From IMG/VR virus record IMGVR_UViG_3300043464_002149: 64,000 nucleotides of DNA. One strand, 5' to 3'. Below are positions 1 to 10,623 of this stretch, piece by piece. The first letter of the stretch is position 1. Each line of letters begins with the position of its first letter. The DNA comes from a virus. Lineage: Duplodnaviria; Caudoviricetes. Both the position numbers and the translations under genes were made by a program. The notes under the pieces were generated by a model. That model was given only the letters and a program-made list of their open reading frames with translations, had not been told where the DNA came from and ran no database searches.

Positions 1-2572
1 AAGTATCGTACTTTATTTGATTAGTAAATAAGTTTTTTTCAAATCCAGACTTAATCCATGCTTTTGGATTTATCGGGGAACTAATGAAATTTTGATCTTC
101 ATTAACTGTAAAAATACCTCTGTACCCAATACCAGATCCAGCACCAAAAGCATTTAAAGCTAAATTACGAGAAACATAAGATCCATATAAATCAGAGTTA
201 AAAGGAAATTCTTTTACTCTATATTCTGGTATCACATAAGAATCTAAAGCAGATTGTAATTTTTCAAATTCACTATCTTTTAAGCCATTAGATTCTGGTG
301 TTTTTGTATAACTTTCAATTTTAAAGCTACTATCGGTGATACTTTTAATATATTCAACGGTAGGTAATTGATCTTGAAAATATGGGAATCTTTCTTTTTC
401 AGCAAAATCTTTTAATGCTTTAGTTAAATCTGTTGTAGTTTTAATTTTGGTATTTAATAACGCTCTAATATCTGGATCATTTTTTGTTGACCCACTAATA
501 TTTTTAAATTCATTTTTTACTATTTCATCTAACCCCTTACCATATTCAAAAGTATCAAATGATGTAATCATATTGGCTCTTTCAAATATTTCATATAAGA
601 CATTTGAAATAGATTTATTTATATATGGTGTTAGTTCAGTTGTTTTTAACGCTGAGCTAACATTATATGTTTCTTTTGTCTCTTCATTTTTATCAAAAAC
701 GTATAAAATTTCAGACGGAGATATTTCTTTAGCGGTTCCTGGGTCAACTCTTTTGACCGCAACACTGTTATATGTTTCAATAAATTCTACTTCCGGCCAA
801 ATATTATAATCATTTCCTTTTGTTAAACCAACAATGTCTGGATCAGCAGGATAAAAAAATGTTGGCTTATCGTCTTTACCACTTTTCTTAACTTCCGGCC
901 ATGGATATATAACCTCTTTTTGATCATCTCCACCTTTAGCAGAATATTTAATATTGTTTTTTCTTAAATCTGATTTCTGTATTGCTTTATTATGTACATC
1001 TTTCATTAATCTAATGTACGTATCGGCATTTGCTAAAATAACCGCAAACACATTTCTTATTGTGGGTTTAAAACCAAAACCAAGACTATCTGTTTGAATA
1101 ACCTGATTCATTTTTTCTTCGACAGCGTTTTCAACTTGGTCTCTTTGTGTTATAAAGGTATTTTGAACTATTTTAATTCTATTAATTAATTTTTCATTAG
1201 ATACTATAATTTGTCCATTACTGATTTTATAAAAATCATTAATATTTCTTATAGAATCTAATGCTATTGTTTTTGTTTCTATACCGTTTTGTAACTTAGC
1301 GCCGGGTAATTTACCAAATGCTAAGTTTTTTTCTAGTTCATCATTATAATATTTTACTATTGATGCTAACGAGTTATTTGTTGTTAACCCAGTAATAATA
1401 TCAAAATTTAATGGTCCTTTAGTTACCTTTGTGCTATCGTTGGTTACTTTATTTAATCTGTAGTAATTTACCGTCACACCAGTTTCAGAACCTATAAATG
1501 GTATCACTTCAAAATCAGGTGGCATATCTTCTTTTATAAGATATCTAGAACCCCATGAAATTATAGCTTTTTCAAATTTATCAAGTGTCTTATCATATTG
1601 TGCCACATCACTTAAAACAGCTGGTTCTATTGTTTGAGAAAATAATTCTTTTTCAATAATTGTATCCAATGCTGTTGCTGTCATTAACAAATCTCTAAGT
1701 GTTTTTACTGGGAAATTTTCTGGAATATAACCTTTAGCTTTGTATTCATCATAAACTGATTTTAATATTGAATATCCCTTTGTTGATTTTGAAACCTTTT
1801 TTTCAACAAAACCAGTTTTTTCATTGAACTTAAGATTTTCTGGTGTCTCAACCATATACATGAAAGGAGCATTTATGATATTTTGTAAAAGAATATCATT
1901 TAAGAATGCATAACTAGAACCAGTAAATTTTGTGGTTATTTCAAAATTACCCGTATTACCATTAAACTTAGATTTAAAATCAATTAATTGAAGTCTGTAT
2001 CTAATTGCTTTTCCATAAAATCCTTTAACTGTTAAATAAAATATTGGCCAGGGTTGGTGAAAGAAAGCTTTATATGGTGAATTGTCTGGTGCATCAAATA
2101 ATGTTTTTCCTCTAACGTCAATAAAATTAATACCAACTTGAGGAATATTATTAGCACCTTTAACTGTAATATTAATTGATTCTATACCAAAAGTTTGTGC
2201 GGATGGATCATAACTTACCCCCTCACCGGTTGTTCTACTTTTTGCCACATTATTATTGGAAACAAATGTCTCTGTCCAATTTGTATCAAAGTTATTTTCA
2301 AACTCGTTTGCTGAATTTTGATTCCTTAATAAATTAAAAGTACCCTCAGCAATAGAAGTTAATGTGTTAGTTTGAGATTCAGAATATAGTACGCTTCTTG
2401 GAACCAAATCGGCTTCAAGGTTAACATACATTACAAGATTTTCGTGATCAATAAATCTAGGCTGCAAATCACCGGATGACGACACTACAGTATTAGGATC
2501 AATGTGTACAATATTTTGTTGATCTACTAATACTAATATGTTTTCATTCTGATTAAGGTTATTATTCGCCAT
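1..2572 (-). CDS. Large baseplate/tail-hub-associated protein, truncated at the window edge (>857 aa; begins MANNNLNQNENILVLVDQQNIVHIDP)
   Basis: Not in the ORF track; translated by hand. ATG at 2572 overlaps the end of the upstream gene and the frame appears open to position 1. It lies at the end of the tail/baseplate operon. The N-terminal beta-rich segment (FGIESINITVKG...FIDVRGKTLF...PIFYLTVKGFYG) is compatible with a gp27-like hub fold, which is inference. Confidence 0.55.
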   Translation of the reverse strand, partial: MANNNLNQNENILVLVDQQNIVHIDPNTVVSSSGDLQPRFIDHENLVMYVNLEADLVPRSVLYSESQTNTLTSIAEGTFNLLRNQNSANEFENNFDTNWTETFVSNNNVAKSRTTGEGVSYDPSAQTFGIESINITVKGANNIPQVGINFIDVRGKTLFDAPDNSPYKAFFHQPWPIFYLTVKGFYGKAIRYRLQLIDFKSKFNGNTGNFEITTKFTGSSYAFLNDILLQNIINAPFMYMVETPENLKFNEKTGFVEKKVSKSTKGYSILKSVYDEYKAKGYIPENFPVKTLRDLLMTATALDTIIEKELFSQTIEPAVLSDVAQYDKTLDKFEKAIISWGSRYLIKEDMPPDFEVIPFIGSETGVTVNYYRLNKVTNDSTKVTKGPLNFDIITGLTTNNSLASIVKYYNDELEKNLAFGKLPGAKLQNGIETKTIALDSIRNINDFYKISNGQIIVSNEKLINRIKIVQNTFITQRDQVENAVEEKMNQVIQTDSLGFGFKPTIRNVFAVILANADTYIRLMKDVHNKAIQKSDLRKNNIKYSAKGGDDQKEVIYPWPEVKKSGKDDKPTFFYPADPDIVGLTKGNDYNIWPEVEFIETYNSVAVKRVDPGTAKEISPSEILYVFDKNEETKETYNVSSALKTTELTPYINKSISNVLYEIFERANMITSFDTFEYGKGLDEIVKNEFKNISGSTKNDPDIRALLNTKIKTTTDLTKALKDFAEKERFPYFQDQLPTVEYIKSITDSSFKIESYTKTPESNGLKDSEFEKLQSALDSYVIPEYRVKEFPFNSDLYGSYVSRNLALNAFGAGSGIGYRGIFTVNEDQNFISSPINPKAWIKSGFEKNLFTNQIKYDT

Positions 2573-2882
2573 AATATAGTCTATACAATTCTACGCCCTT
2601 TTTATAATCTTGTAAAGAATTAACCAAAGGAAAAGGTATTCTAACAATCGAATTATCAGGAATTTCAAATTCTACTGAACCTAGTTTAGGATTTGCTGTC
2701 ATTATTAACCAACTGAATAATGGTGTACCATAATATTCTTGTGATATTTTATCTAAACGGTCTTTACCTTTTTTGTACTTAAAGAATTTGTCCGTTGACT
2801 TTTGTGGAATCTCTATACCAGGAACAATTTTATGTTCACCGTCTTCTAGAAAATAGTCATATCTATTAAAATATTGGTTCAT
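2562..2882 (-). CDS. LysM-like / baseplate wedge gp53-like (tail protein X-like) protein
   Basis: Motif DRLDKISQEYYGTPLFSWLIMTANP followed by IPDNSIVRIP matches the gp53/gpX LysM-like pattern; baseplate context. Confidence 0.7.
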   Translation of the reverse strand: MNQYFNRYDYFLEDGEHKIVPGIEIPQKSTDKFFKYKKGKDRLDKISQEYYGTPLFSWLIMTANPKLGSVEFEIPDNSIVRIPFPLVNSLQDYKKGVELYRLYYGE

Positions 2883-5800
2883 TATTTACTTGGTTTTAAA
2901 AAGTTTAATTTAACACCATCGGATTTACTACTGGTCGCATGTACTTTATCAAGAATTTCAGCTTCTTGTGTGGTTAAACTTCCTGTTATTGTAATATCAA
3001 CTGGCTTTACTTCTTTTTTAAGTTTAGCTTCTTTGTACTTAAATTTATTTTTATCTGAATCTGATTTGTTATCTTTAATAAATCTCTCAACTCTTCTTTC
3101 AATCTTATTCACCGCATTTTTATCAAAAAACTTATCGTCGACTGAATCTTCATATAATTTTTTAATATCCGTAACGTTGTCCTTTATAATGAATGCAAGT
3201 ACTTTTTTATAAAGTGTATCATCAAAAGATGGTGAAGCAAAATTAATTGAAGTATCTATTTCATTTGTGAATAGAGAATGTTTATCTTTTATCAGTTTTA
3301 TTGCTTCGTCATATTGGTCATAAAATTTACCTCCATCAAAATTACTCAATGTGGCAACAACAGTATTCTTATTATCAAATTTAGCATCTTTACCATTAGT
3401 TTTCATGATAAAATTAAGTCTATCAACAGAATCTATTAATTTATTTCTGTTTTGTTCTAATTGACCTACAGACTTATCATCTTTAACCTTATTTAAAAAT
3501 TCAGTTACTCGAGTTTTAATATATGGATCAATAATCTCTCTAGATCTTTTATATTTTTCTTGTGAATTACTATTGATGTCTAAATCTAAAATAGCATTAT
3601 GATCTGATGAGTTAACTTTTTCTAATAATGACGATTCTAATCTTTGATAAAGGTTTGCAAAATCAACCAATTTAGCATATTCGCCTAAAAGATTAACTTG
3701 TATTGTACTTGATATTGTGTTTTGTACATCCAATTGATTAATCGTTCTGTATGTAGGTGAAATGAATATCGGTAAAATTTCTTTTCCGTAAGTATCTAAT
3801 AATGTTGTATATGTATTTTTAAATGTATTAAAATACTCATTTGTTGATTTTATCACCCCGCTAATAACTTCTTTGTAATCCATCTTAGTTTCACTTTGTG
3901 AACCAATGAATTTACCTTCAGCTTTAACTTTATCTTCTGTTGGGACTCCCGCAATATCTGGTGTCTTAATACCGGCAGTTAATTTTTCTAAGAAGTCCAC
4001 ATTGAATTTTTGTAAACTTTCTTGATCAACAGTTGAATCTGCTCTATAATCATACACCTCAGTGTTTGCAAAGAAGTTTGAACTTAACGCATTTTGAAGT
4101 TTAGCAACTGGTTCTTTAATTCCTTGACCACCAATAAAATTAACTTGTAATGTTACATCAGCAACCATTGGTTGTACACCAATACCTTCTGGGTTTAAAT
4201 CCCAAGTACTATTTTCATATGTTATATTCATGTTTGTGATGATTACTTTTGAATGGTAAAAATCACCTATTCTTAATACACAAACTGGTGGCGGACCAAA
4301 TGTTGTGTTTCTAGCATCAACAACGGTACCACTAATATCCGTACCTAATTTTTTAACCGGTATAGTATCACCTGGACGAATACATTGATGCAAGAATGTT
4401 AATCTAGCATTTAATCCTTCAGGTGTCATTGAGTGAAACGCTGGGTGAAAATATCTTAATTTTTCTTTTAAACTACCAAAAACAACAGGATCTGTCTCTT
4501 CTAATTTTTTAAAATAGAAGCATTCAGATAACGCTTTCATTATAAGTTTTTTTACAACATCTAATGGCGGTCTTTTTTTCTTAATAGTTGTATTTTCTGT
4601 AATAACGGTTTTTCCTGGGGTAATAGTTGTTGTACCAGGTATATATTTTGTTTCTTGATCCTTGCTTCCTTCCGTTGATGTTTTTTGTTCATATGACATC
4701 TTAAGACTAGCAGACCTACAGTAAAAAGTAATTGGAGCGTATTTTTTTAAACCAGTTTTATTTTTAATTTCTTTAGTATGACAATCAAATTTTTCTGGAC
4801 CAGTGGTTGTCGAATTTTCACCTTTATTAACAAATGAAACAACTAAACCACCTTCAATATCTTCTCCGTAACCTAATTTTTTAAGATCAATTGTTACGGT
4901 TTGTGTTGTTTGTTCTGGGTTTGAATCTAATTCACTAACTGTTTTATCCCATTTATAATCAGGAATACTACTAGGGTTTTTTGCTATAGATTTTAAAATA
5001 TATTTTATCAAACTATCAGATCTTCTGTGAGACAGTTTAATATTATATTTGTCATCAGCAACAAATGATGTTGATGATTCAATTGTTAATGATATTTGTT
5101 TTACATTATTTTTTTCTAATTCACCTTTAAGTGTTGCTGTTGCACCACTAATAACACCAAAATTTGTTTGTAGTTCAGTAAAAGCTTTTTCTATTTGAGT
5201 CTTTTTATCATTAATTAATGTTGATGTCGTTATAGTACCACCATTAGTTGGATCTTCTGAACCAAAAATAATAACTCTGTCATGCTTATTATCTTTAGTG
5301 TTAGTTGATAATATTGTATTCAGACCGCTAGCTAGATTGTTTTTAAAACTTTCTTTATCTCCATAGTATTTGTTATATACACCATCATATGGTGTATCAG
5401 CATATAAACTAGTTGATTGACCTGGAACATCATTTGGGAAATAAACTACGTTATCAGTAAATAAATCAACCAAACTACTACCGCCACTTCCAGGTGTTGT
5501 TTGTTGACTTGGTATTGGTTGTGGTTGTGTTGTAACCACATCTCCGGCAGTATAATTAAATTCTAAAGATGTTGTAATATCTTCTCTTTTGTTATCTCTA
5601 TAAAACTCAAGATAAGACATAATTAATTCTATATCAGATGGATCTAATGTTATATATTTTCTAACTAACGTATAAAAATCAACATCATAACATCCAGCAA
5701 AAAATGAATTTAAAAAGTTCTCAGCTTCTTCATCTGTTATTTCTTTAACTAAAAGATTTAAAATACTAGGATGATCCACAATAACCTTAAAAGATATTGT

Positions 5801-7681
5801 ACCACTTCTTTCAGTATTTTGATATGTGTATATTGGTTCTGGTCTTCCTAGAAAACTATTTTTATCCCAGTTGGCACTGTTGTTTTCATTTACCTTTAAA
5901 TCATAAGGTGGAAACCACATAACTCTACCCCCATTTTGTCCTCTTTCACATATTGGTAAATCATTAACTGTATATCCAAATTTGTTTGATGTTTTCCATG
6001 CTAGATTTTCTAGTGAAAACATATATTTTTTTGCTTTACCTTGTATACCATCAATGTTTGTTGATCCAACAAATGAACCATTACCATTTGACATTGGTGC
6101 TATGTTTAAATTCCAAGGTGTGCTTAAAACACTATCTTCAATTTTTCTAATAGTACCAGTTTTCTTCATGGTGTCTGAATAGTTCATATACGCCCTGTCC
6201 TTAGTCCATACTCTACAATATTCAGAACCATCTTGTGCTCCTGTGTTTTTATTTACATAAACAACCGCAGAACCTCTAGATATCATTTTTGTTCCTTCTC
6301 TAAAAATTCTAGATGTTTGATCAATAACATTAGCAACATGTGATCTAGCCTCACCACCATTTTTAGGTAGTGAATCTAATAACTGTTGTGTTTTACCTAA
6401 AATTGAATCCTCTCTAAAAGTGTGCTTGGTAGATAAACTATCTTCAAAAACACCTCTTTCTGATGAATACTCAACATTATCTTTACCTAATTTATTTTGA
6501 GAACTTCTACTATACCATGTCAACTTTCCAGGAATAGCACCTCTTTCTGAAATATTTTTTTCGTTTGAAAATAATTCAGTTGCTTTAGAATCAAATTTAT
6601 ATGAAAGATAATACGGACTTAATACTTTGTTTTGATTAAAGTCTTCTAAAATATTCTTAATATTATCTCCTCTATCGTCACCAATATATGCTTTACCTTC
6701 TGGTGCTTCTCTACCTAAAATTTTATTTACACCACCAGCAACACGATCAACAAAATTAAATAATTTACTTGTGTTTTGTGATCTAGCTCTTGTTGTGTAA
6801 TTCGGTGCGTATGTTGAATATGATAAGTTATCAAATAAAATATCTTTTTGACCATCACTTAAATATTCTATCATTAAGTCTGATGGTTTTCTACTTGGTG
6901 ATGGTCTTCTTTGTATACCTAATAGTGAACCTAATACACCTGTAGCGTCTTGAAATAATTTTCCTAACTCACTTTTTGGTACCGGTCTGTTTACAACTGG
7001 ATTTGCTGGATTAGTTAAATAATCACCAGGTATTTCAGAAAATGGAAATTCAACACCGCTTACTGTTTGTAAAAAATCAATAGCTTTACCTGGTAAAGTT
7101 CTTGCTACAGTAATTTTATAATTTTTTTCAATTAATCTTTCTCTACCTCTAACAATGTTAATTGCTGATGATAGATTACCATTAACAGCATCTATAATTC
7201 TTGCTCTACCTACTGTTGCTGTATATAAATTTTGTCTAATTCTTGATTGAACTGGACCATCTGGTGATTCTAATAAATGATAGTTAGCAAATTTTGCTAA
7301 TTGTGATTCAAATTCATAATTACCAGAATCTAATGCACCAATTAAACTTCTACCTAATATCCCACTTGAAATAGGGAAATATGGATATATTCCAAGATTA
7401 CCAGCAGGGTCAATTAAAACTCTAATATTTTCTAAAACTTCATATTGACTGTTTTCTGGGCCAAATCTATTATTGTTATCTGTTAAAACTAATTGTGACG
7501 CTCTAGATGTTTGATCATTTAATGTAACATCACCTTGATCTCTATTTGATTGATTCAAGGTATTTTGAATAGAATAGTTAGACGTGTTAAAAGTTTGTGG
7601 CCCATTTGGTTGTTGTAGGGTCTTGGCTAATAACGCATCTCTAAAGCTTTTTGTAGAATTAAAATCTAAGTAACTTGGCAT
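2882..7681 (-). CDS. 1599-aa baseplate/tail-tube-initiator-like protein with an inserted OmpA-like domain
   Basis: Tube-initiator-like segments PPYDLKVNENNSANWDKNSFLGRPEPIYTYQNTERSGTISF and PPVCVLRIGDFYHSKVIITNMNITYE flank an OmpA_C-like motif set (VYFPND...IESSTS...YNIKLSHRRSDSLIKYI...KGE...CRSASL). Confidence 0.6.
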   Translation of the reverse strand: MPSYLDFNSTKSFRDALLAKTLQQPNGPQTFNTSNYSIQNTLNQSNRDQGDVTLNDQTSRASQLVLTDNNNRFGPENSQYEVLENIRVLIDPAGNLGIYPYFPISSGILGRSLIGALDSGNYEFESQLAKFANYHLLESPDGPVQSRIRQNLYTATVGRARIIDAVNGNLSSAINIVRGRERLIEKNYKITVARTLPGKAIDFLQTVSGVEFPFSEIPGDYLTNPANPVVNRPVPKSELGKLFQDATGVLGSLLGIQRRPSPSRKPSDLMIEYLSDGQKDILFDNLSYSTYAPNYTTRARSQNTSKLFNFVDRVAGGVNKILGREAPEGKAYIGDDRGDNIKNILEDFNQNKVLSPYYLSYKFDSKATELFSNEKNISERGAIPGKLTWYSRSSQNKLGKDNVEYSSERGVFEDSLSTKHTFREDSILGKTQQLLDSLPKNGGEARSHVANVIDQTSRIFREGTKMISRGSAVVYVNKNTGAQDGSEYCRVWTKDRAYMNYSDTMKKTGTIRKIEDSVLSTPWNLNIAPMSNGNGSFVGSTNIDGIQGKAKKYMFSLENLAWKTSNKFGYTVNDLPICERGQNGGRVMWFPPYDLKVNENNSANWDKNSFLGRPEPIYTYQNTERSGTISFKVIVDHPSILNLLVKEITDEEAENFLNSFFAGCYDVDFYTLVRKYITLDPSDIELIMSYLEFYRDNKREDITTSLEFNYTAGDVVTTQPQPIPSQQTTPGSGGSSLVDLFTDNVVYFPNDVPGQSTSLYADTPYDGVYNKYYGDKESFKNNLASGLNTILSTNTKDNKHDRVIIFGSEDPTNGGTITTSTLINDKKTQIEKAFTELQTNFGVISGATATLKGELEKNNVKQISLTIESSTSFVADDKYNIKLSHRRSDSLIKYILKSIAKNPSSIPDYKWDKTVSELDSNPEQTTQTVTIDLKKLGYGEDIEGGLVVSFVNKGENSTTTGPEKFDCHTKEIKNKTGLKKYAPITFYCRSASLKMSYEQKTSTEGSKDQETKYIPGTTTITPGKTVITENTTIKKKRPPLDVVKKLIMKALSECFYFKKLEETDPVVFGSLKEKLRYFHPAFHSMTPEGLNARLTFLHQCIRPGDTIPVKKLGTDISGTVVDARNTTFGPPPVCVLRIGDFYHSKVIITNMNITYENSTWDLNPEGIGVQPMVADVTLQVNFIGGQGIKEPVAKLQNALSSNFFANTEVYDYRADSTVDQESLQKFNVDFLEKLTAGIKTPDIAGVPTEDKVKAEGKFIGSQSETKMDYKEVISGVIKSTNEYFNTFKNTYTTLLDTYGKEILPIFISPTYRTINQLDVQNTISSTIQVNLLGEYAKLVDFANLYQRLESSLLEKVNSSDHNAILDLDINSNSQEKYKRSREIIDPYIKTRVTEFLNKVKDDKSVGQLEQNRNKLIDSVDRLNFIMKTNGKDAKFDNKNTVVATLSNFDGGKFYDQYDEAIKLIKDKHSLFTNEIDTSINFASPSFDDTLYKKVLAFIIKDNVTDIKKLYEDSVDDKFFDKNAVNKIERRVERFIKDNKSDSDKNKFKYKEAKLKKEVKPVDITITGSLTTQEAEILDKVHATSSKSDGVKLNFLKPSK

Positions 7682-7720
7682 CTATTCTTTTATCTAATAA
7701 ATAGATAATTTATTATTTTA

Positions 7721-9664
7721 CTATGCGTAGGCTTTAGTGTTTTTAACAATGTTAGAAACAAACTCAGCTTTTAATTGTGGATTTTTTGATATTTCATCAA
7801 CAACAATTCCAGCTAGTTGGGTACTGCTACTATTAATATCAACTTTTATGTCAATTGAGCCAAAGAATTCTTTAGCATCTTTATACATTTCTTTTCCCTT
7901 TTCAACACCCTTTTCCATCAACTCTTTTGCTTTTGGAATATACTCATCAATAGTTTCCTGAGTTTTCTTCATTCCTTGTTGAGCAGCATCAATAATACCA
8001 TTATCTTCCGCAAATTCTTTAAATTTATCTAAATATGGTTGAGCACTAGCTTTAATAGCATCCATAGCTTGGTCTTCTGCTAAAGCTTTTAATTGTTTCA
8101 TACTCATTTTTGATGCATCGAATGTGTCATATAAAAAATCCGATCCAGCTTGAATTTTGTCTTTTGTTTTAACACCAAGGTCACTTCTTCTTAAATCACT
8201 TTGACCTCTTAGATATATTGAAGTAACAAGAGACATAATTTGTGTGGTAGCATTTAATTGTTGTCTAGCTATGTCTTTTGTTGATAGCTTTTCATTTTGT
8301 TCCTGTAACTTTTGTAGTTTTTCAACCTGATCAGATGATAAATCATCTATTGAAACAAAACCATCAACAAGATTGGTAATACCCATTTGAGCGGCCATAT
8401 CTTTTGGTAAGTCAAAACCAACTTTACCGTCTTTCATTGTTGCTAGATTTGAAACAAATTCTTTTTGTTCATCACTTAATTTAGGGAACATATCTAATTG
8501 AGACATTGCTTCGAACTTAGCAGCACCTTTAACGGCCATATTTGTCAGTTCGCCCATTGATATACCTAAAGCATCAGACATAGCTTTAGCACGTCTTAAA
8601 TTAGCCCCAGATACCTCAAATCTACCTTGTTCAGCGTTATATGTTGCTAAACTTCTAGCCGCCCCTATAATACTTGTTTGTAATGATTCAACATTATTTG
8701 TTGCATCATACATTAATTTAATTGGATCGCTTAAATCACCAAATGCTCCCCCAACAACTTGTAAATTTGCTGCAAGGCTGATAGCACTTTCTGGATCATA
8801 TAGTTTATCTGCAACCTTAAGCACATCATCCATATTAATTTTAAGTGATTGTGCTTCTTGAACCATTTTACCTAAACCTTTAATTCCGTTTTGAAAACCA
8901 TAAGCATTTAAAGCACCTAAATTTTTAATTAAAGTTTCGGAAGTTGCTTTGGCACTAAGACCCATATTAACAGATCTTTTTCCAATATCTTCAATTGCTC
9001 TTGCAGCATCACTTAATCCTAATCCAACATTTCTAAATCCCTCAGCATTTTCTAAAAGTATTCTAGAGTTTTTAGTATATGCCATTGAGGCTTCCATTCC
9101 AGCATAAATTGTGTTTTCGCTGTATAATGCCATTCTTTCTGAGTTTACCATTAAACTTTCAGTAGCATCTATAAAATCATTAACACTTACACCAAGTCTT
9201 GTTGTTGCAATCATAGCTTCATTAAGACCTTCTAACATTTGAGTACCAACTTCACCGACATAACCAGCAGAACCCCTTGTTGATTTAATTAAATCATCTT
9301 GTGTTTGTGCTAAATCACTCATTAAAGTTTTTGCGCCATCTAAACCTAAAGCCAGAACATTCTTAACCAATGCAATAGGATTTATTGCCATTGATTTATT
9401 TAAACCGTCAATAATACCTTTTACAGTATCAACACTAATTCTAGATTTAGTGGATGATAATCTATCATAAAACCCTGCAGCTGCAGCATCCCCCACTTTT
9501 TTTAATAAATTAGCATCTGGACCCGTAAAACTAGAACTAGAACCAGAACCACTTTTAGCGGCAGCATTTAATCTTTTGTTTAAATAATCATTGATTTCAC
9601 CAGGTGTATACTTGCCTGATTTTTCAGCTAATTCCCTTACCGCTTGATCTGATAATGTTGACAT
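7721..9664 (-). CDS. Putative tape measure protein (647 aa)
   Basis: Ala/Leu/Met-rich, predicted all-helical sequence located directly downstream of tube and chaperone genes. The length is similar to T4-class tape measures. Confidence 0.65.
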   Translation of the reverse strand: MSTLSDQAVRELAEKSGKYTPGEINDYLNKRLNAAAKSGSGSSSSFTGPDANLLKKVGDAAAAGFYDRLSSTKSRISVDTVKGIIDGLNKSMAINPIALVKNVLALGLDGAKTLMSDLAQTQDDLIKSTRGSAGYVGEVGTQMLEGLNEAMIATTRLGVSVNDFIDATESLMVNSERMALYSENTIYAGMEASMAYTKNSRILLENAEGFRNVGLGLSDAARAIEDIGKRSVNMGLSAKATSETLIKNLGALNAYGFQNGIKGLGKMVQEAQSLKINMDDVLKVADKLYDPESAISLAANLQVVGGAFGDLSDPIKLMYDATNNVESLQTSIIGAARSLATYNAEQGRFEVSGANLRRAKAMSDALGISMGELTNMAVKGAAKFEAMSQLDMFPKLSDEQKEFVSNLATMKDGKVGFDLPKDMAAQMGITNLVDGFVSIDDLSSDQVEKLQKLQEQNEKLSTKDIARQQLNATTQIMSLVTSIYLRGQSDLRRSDLGVKTKDKIQAGSDFLYDTFDASKMSMKQLKALAEDQAMDAIKASAQPYLDKFKEFAEDNGIIDAAQQGMKKTQETIDEYIPKAKELMEKGVEKGKEMYKDAKEFFGSIDIKVDINSSSTQLAGIVVDEISKNPQLKAEFVSNIVKNTKAYA

Positions 9665-9696
9665 ATTTTATATTAAACTATATAAGAATAAATAGT

Positions 9697-9831
9697 TTAA
9701 TCATTCTTTTCCATGAAATAACTAATAATACTATTTCTTTCATGTACAGGAAGGATTAAAACATCATGATATGTAAATCCTTTAGTTAGTAAAAAAAGTA
9801 TAGATTCAATCTGGTACTTTTTATATGCCAT
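9697..9831 (-). CDS. Small gp51-like tail/baseplate assembly chaperone (44 aa, MAYKKYQIESILFLLTKGFTYHDVLILPVHERNSIISYFMEKND)
   Basis: Not in the ORF track; translated by hand. The pattern (F-T-Y-x-D-V-x-x-L-P-x-x-E-R) and the position after a gp26-like gene resemble T4 gp51-like proteins. Confidence 0.65.
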   Translation of the reverse strand: MAYKKYQIESILFLLTKGFTYHDVLILPVHERNSIISYFMEKND

Positions 9832-10561
9832 AGAAGGGACGAAAAAATTCCACCCCAAAGTCAACCAAAACAGGGACTTTTTCTCCAGACGGGGCGATTA
9901 CTTCAACAATTAGGTCAAGACCTGGTTTATTTTCGGATACATATTTTTTGAACTCTTGAGAATCCCTAATTGGTAAGTTTTGTATGAATTGATAAATCGC
10001 CATTTGATCTCTTGTACCATCAACAGACTTAATCATCATCTCCAATCTTTTTGTGTTTAATGGTGCAATAGTATCTTTACTTGAATCTTTAATTAGTTTT
10101 AATTCATTTTCTTGTAAATTAGTTAAAAACTTGAATGTAACTTTTTTCTTAACCACGTTCAAAAAGAATTCATATTCACCGTTTGAATCTGCAATTAATT
10201 TAAAATCTTTAGTTTTTAAAATAGATAAATCTACAACCCCCTCAAACGATTGTTTACTAATTGGGTCAACTAAATCAATCTTATATTCGGTACCAAATGC
10301 TGTATTTCTTAAAAATATTAATATTGCCTGTCTATCTTCATCTACCAATTCTTCAATATTCAATTCTTTATCTAAAATCTTTCTTTTTAATAATTCATCA
10401 ATTACACTATCTGATTGTAGTAAATTTGGTGACATTAATATATTCTCATCTGCAGCAGTTAGGTATGCTACCCTTAACGATTTTTTACCGTTTGCATAGT
10501 GTACACCTTGTGAAGGTAGTTGAACTACGTCATAAGCTACCATTGGATTTATATTTTCCAT
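9821..10561 (-). CDS. T4 gp26-like baseplate hub / tail assembly chaperone
   Basis: N-terminal VVQLPSQG..Y...LRVAYLTAADENILMS and C-terminal VDFGVEFFRP are typical of gp26-like proteins. Start reassigned to MENINP (10561), downstream of a promoter. Confidence 0.7.
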   Translation of the reverse strand: MENINPMVAYDVVQLPSQGVHYANGKKSLRVAYLTAADENILMSPNLLQSDSVIDELLKRKILDKELNIEELVDEDRQAILIFLRNTAFGTEYKIDLVDPISKQSFEGVVDLSILKTKDFKLIADSNGEYEFFLNVVKKKVTFKFLTNLQENELKLIKDSSKDTIAPLNTKRLEMMIKSVDGTRDQMAIYQFIQNLPIRDSQEFKKYVSENKPGLDLIVEVIAPSGEKVPVLVDFGVEFFRPFYGI

Positions 10562-10585
10562 AATAATATTTTTGTTATTTCTTTT

Positions 10586-10614
10586 AATATAACTATAAAA
10601 CAAATAAAAATCAA
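10586..10614 (-). promoter_or_regulatory. Putative early/host-type promoter TTGATT-N17-TATATT for the gp26-like gene
   Basis: Read directly on the minus strand. TTG-N20-TAnnTT also approximates the Bacteroidota -33/-7 spacing. Confidence 0.5.
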
Positions 10615-10623
10615 TGAAACAAC

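Noticed and set aside
9821-9850. Canonical -1 frameshift in the tail chaperone
   Set aside because: There is no X-XXY-YYZ heptamer in register, and the -1 frame hits a stop after a short stretch. The downstream ORF is in the +1 frame.
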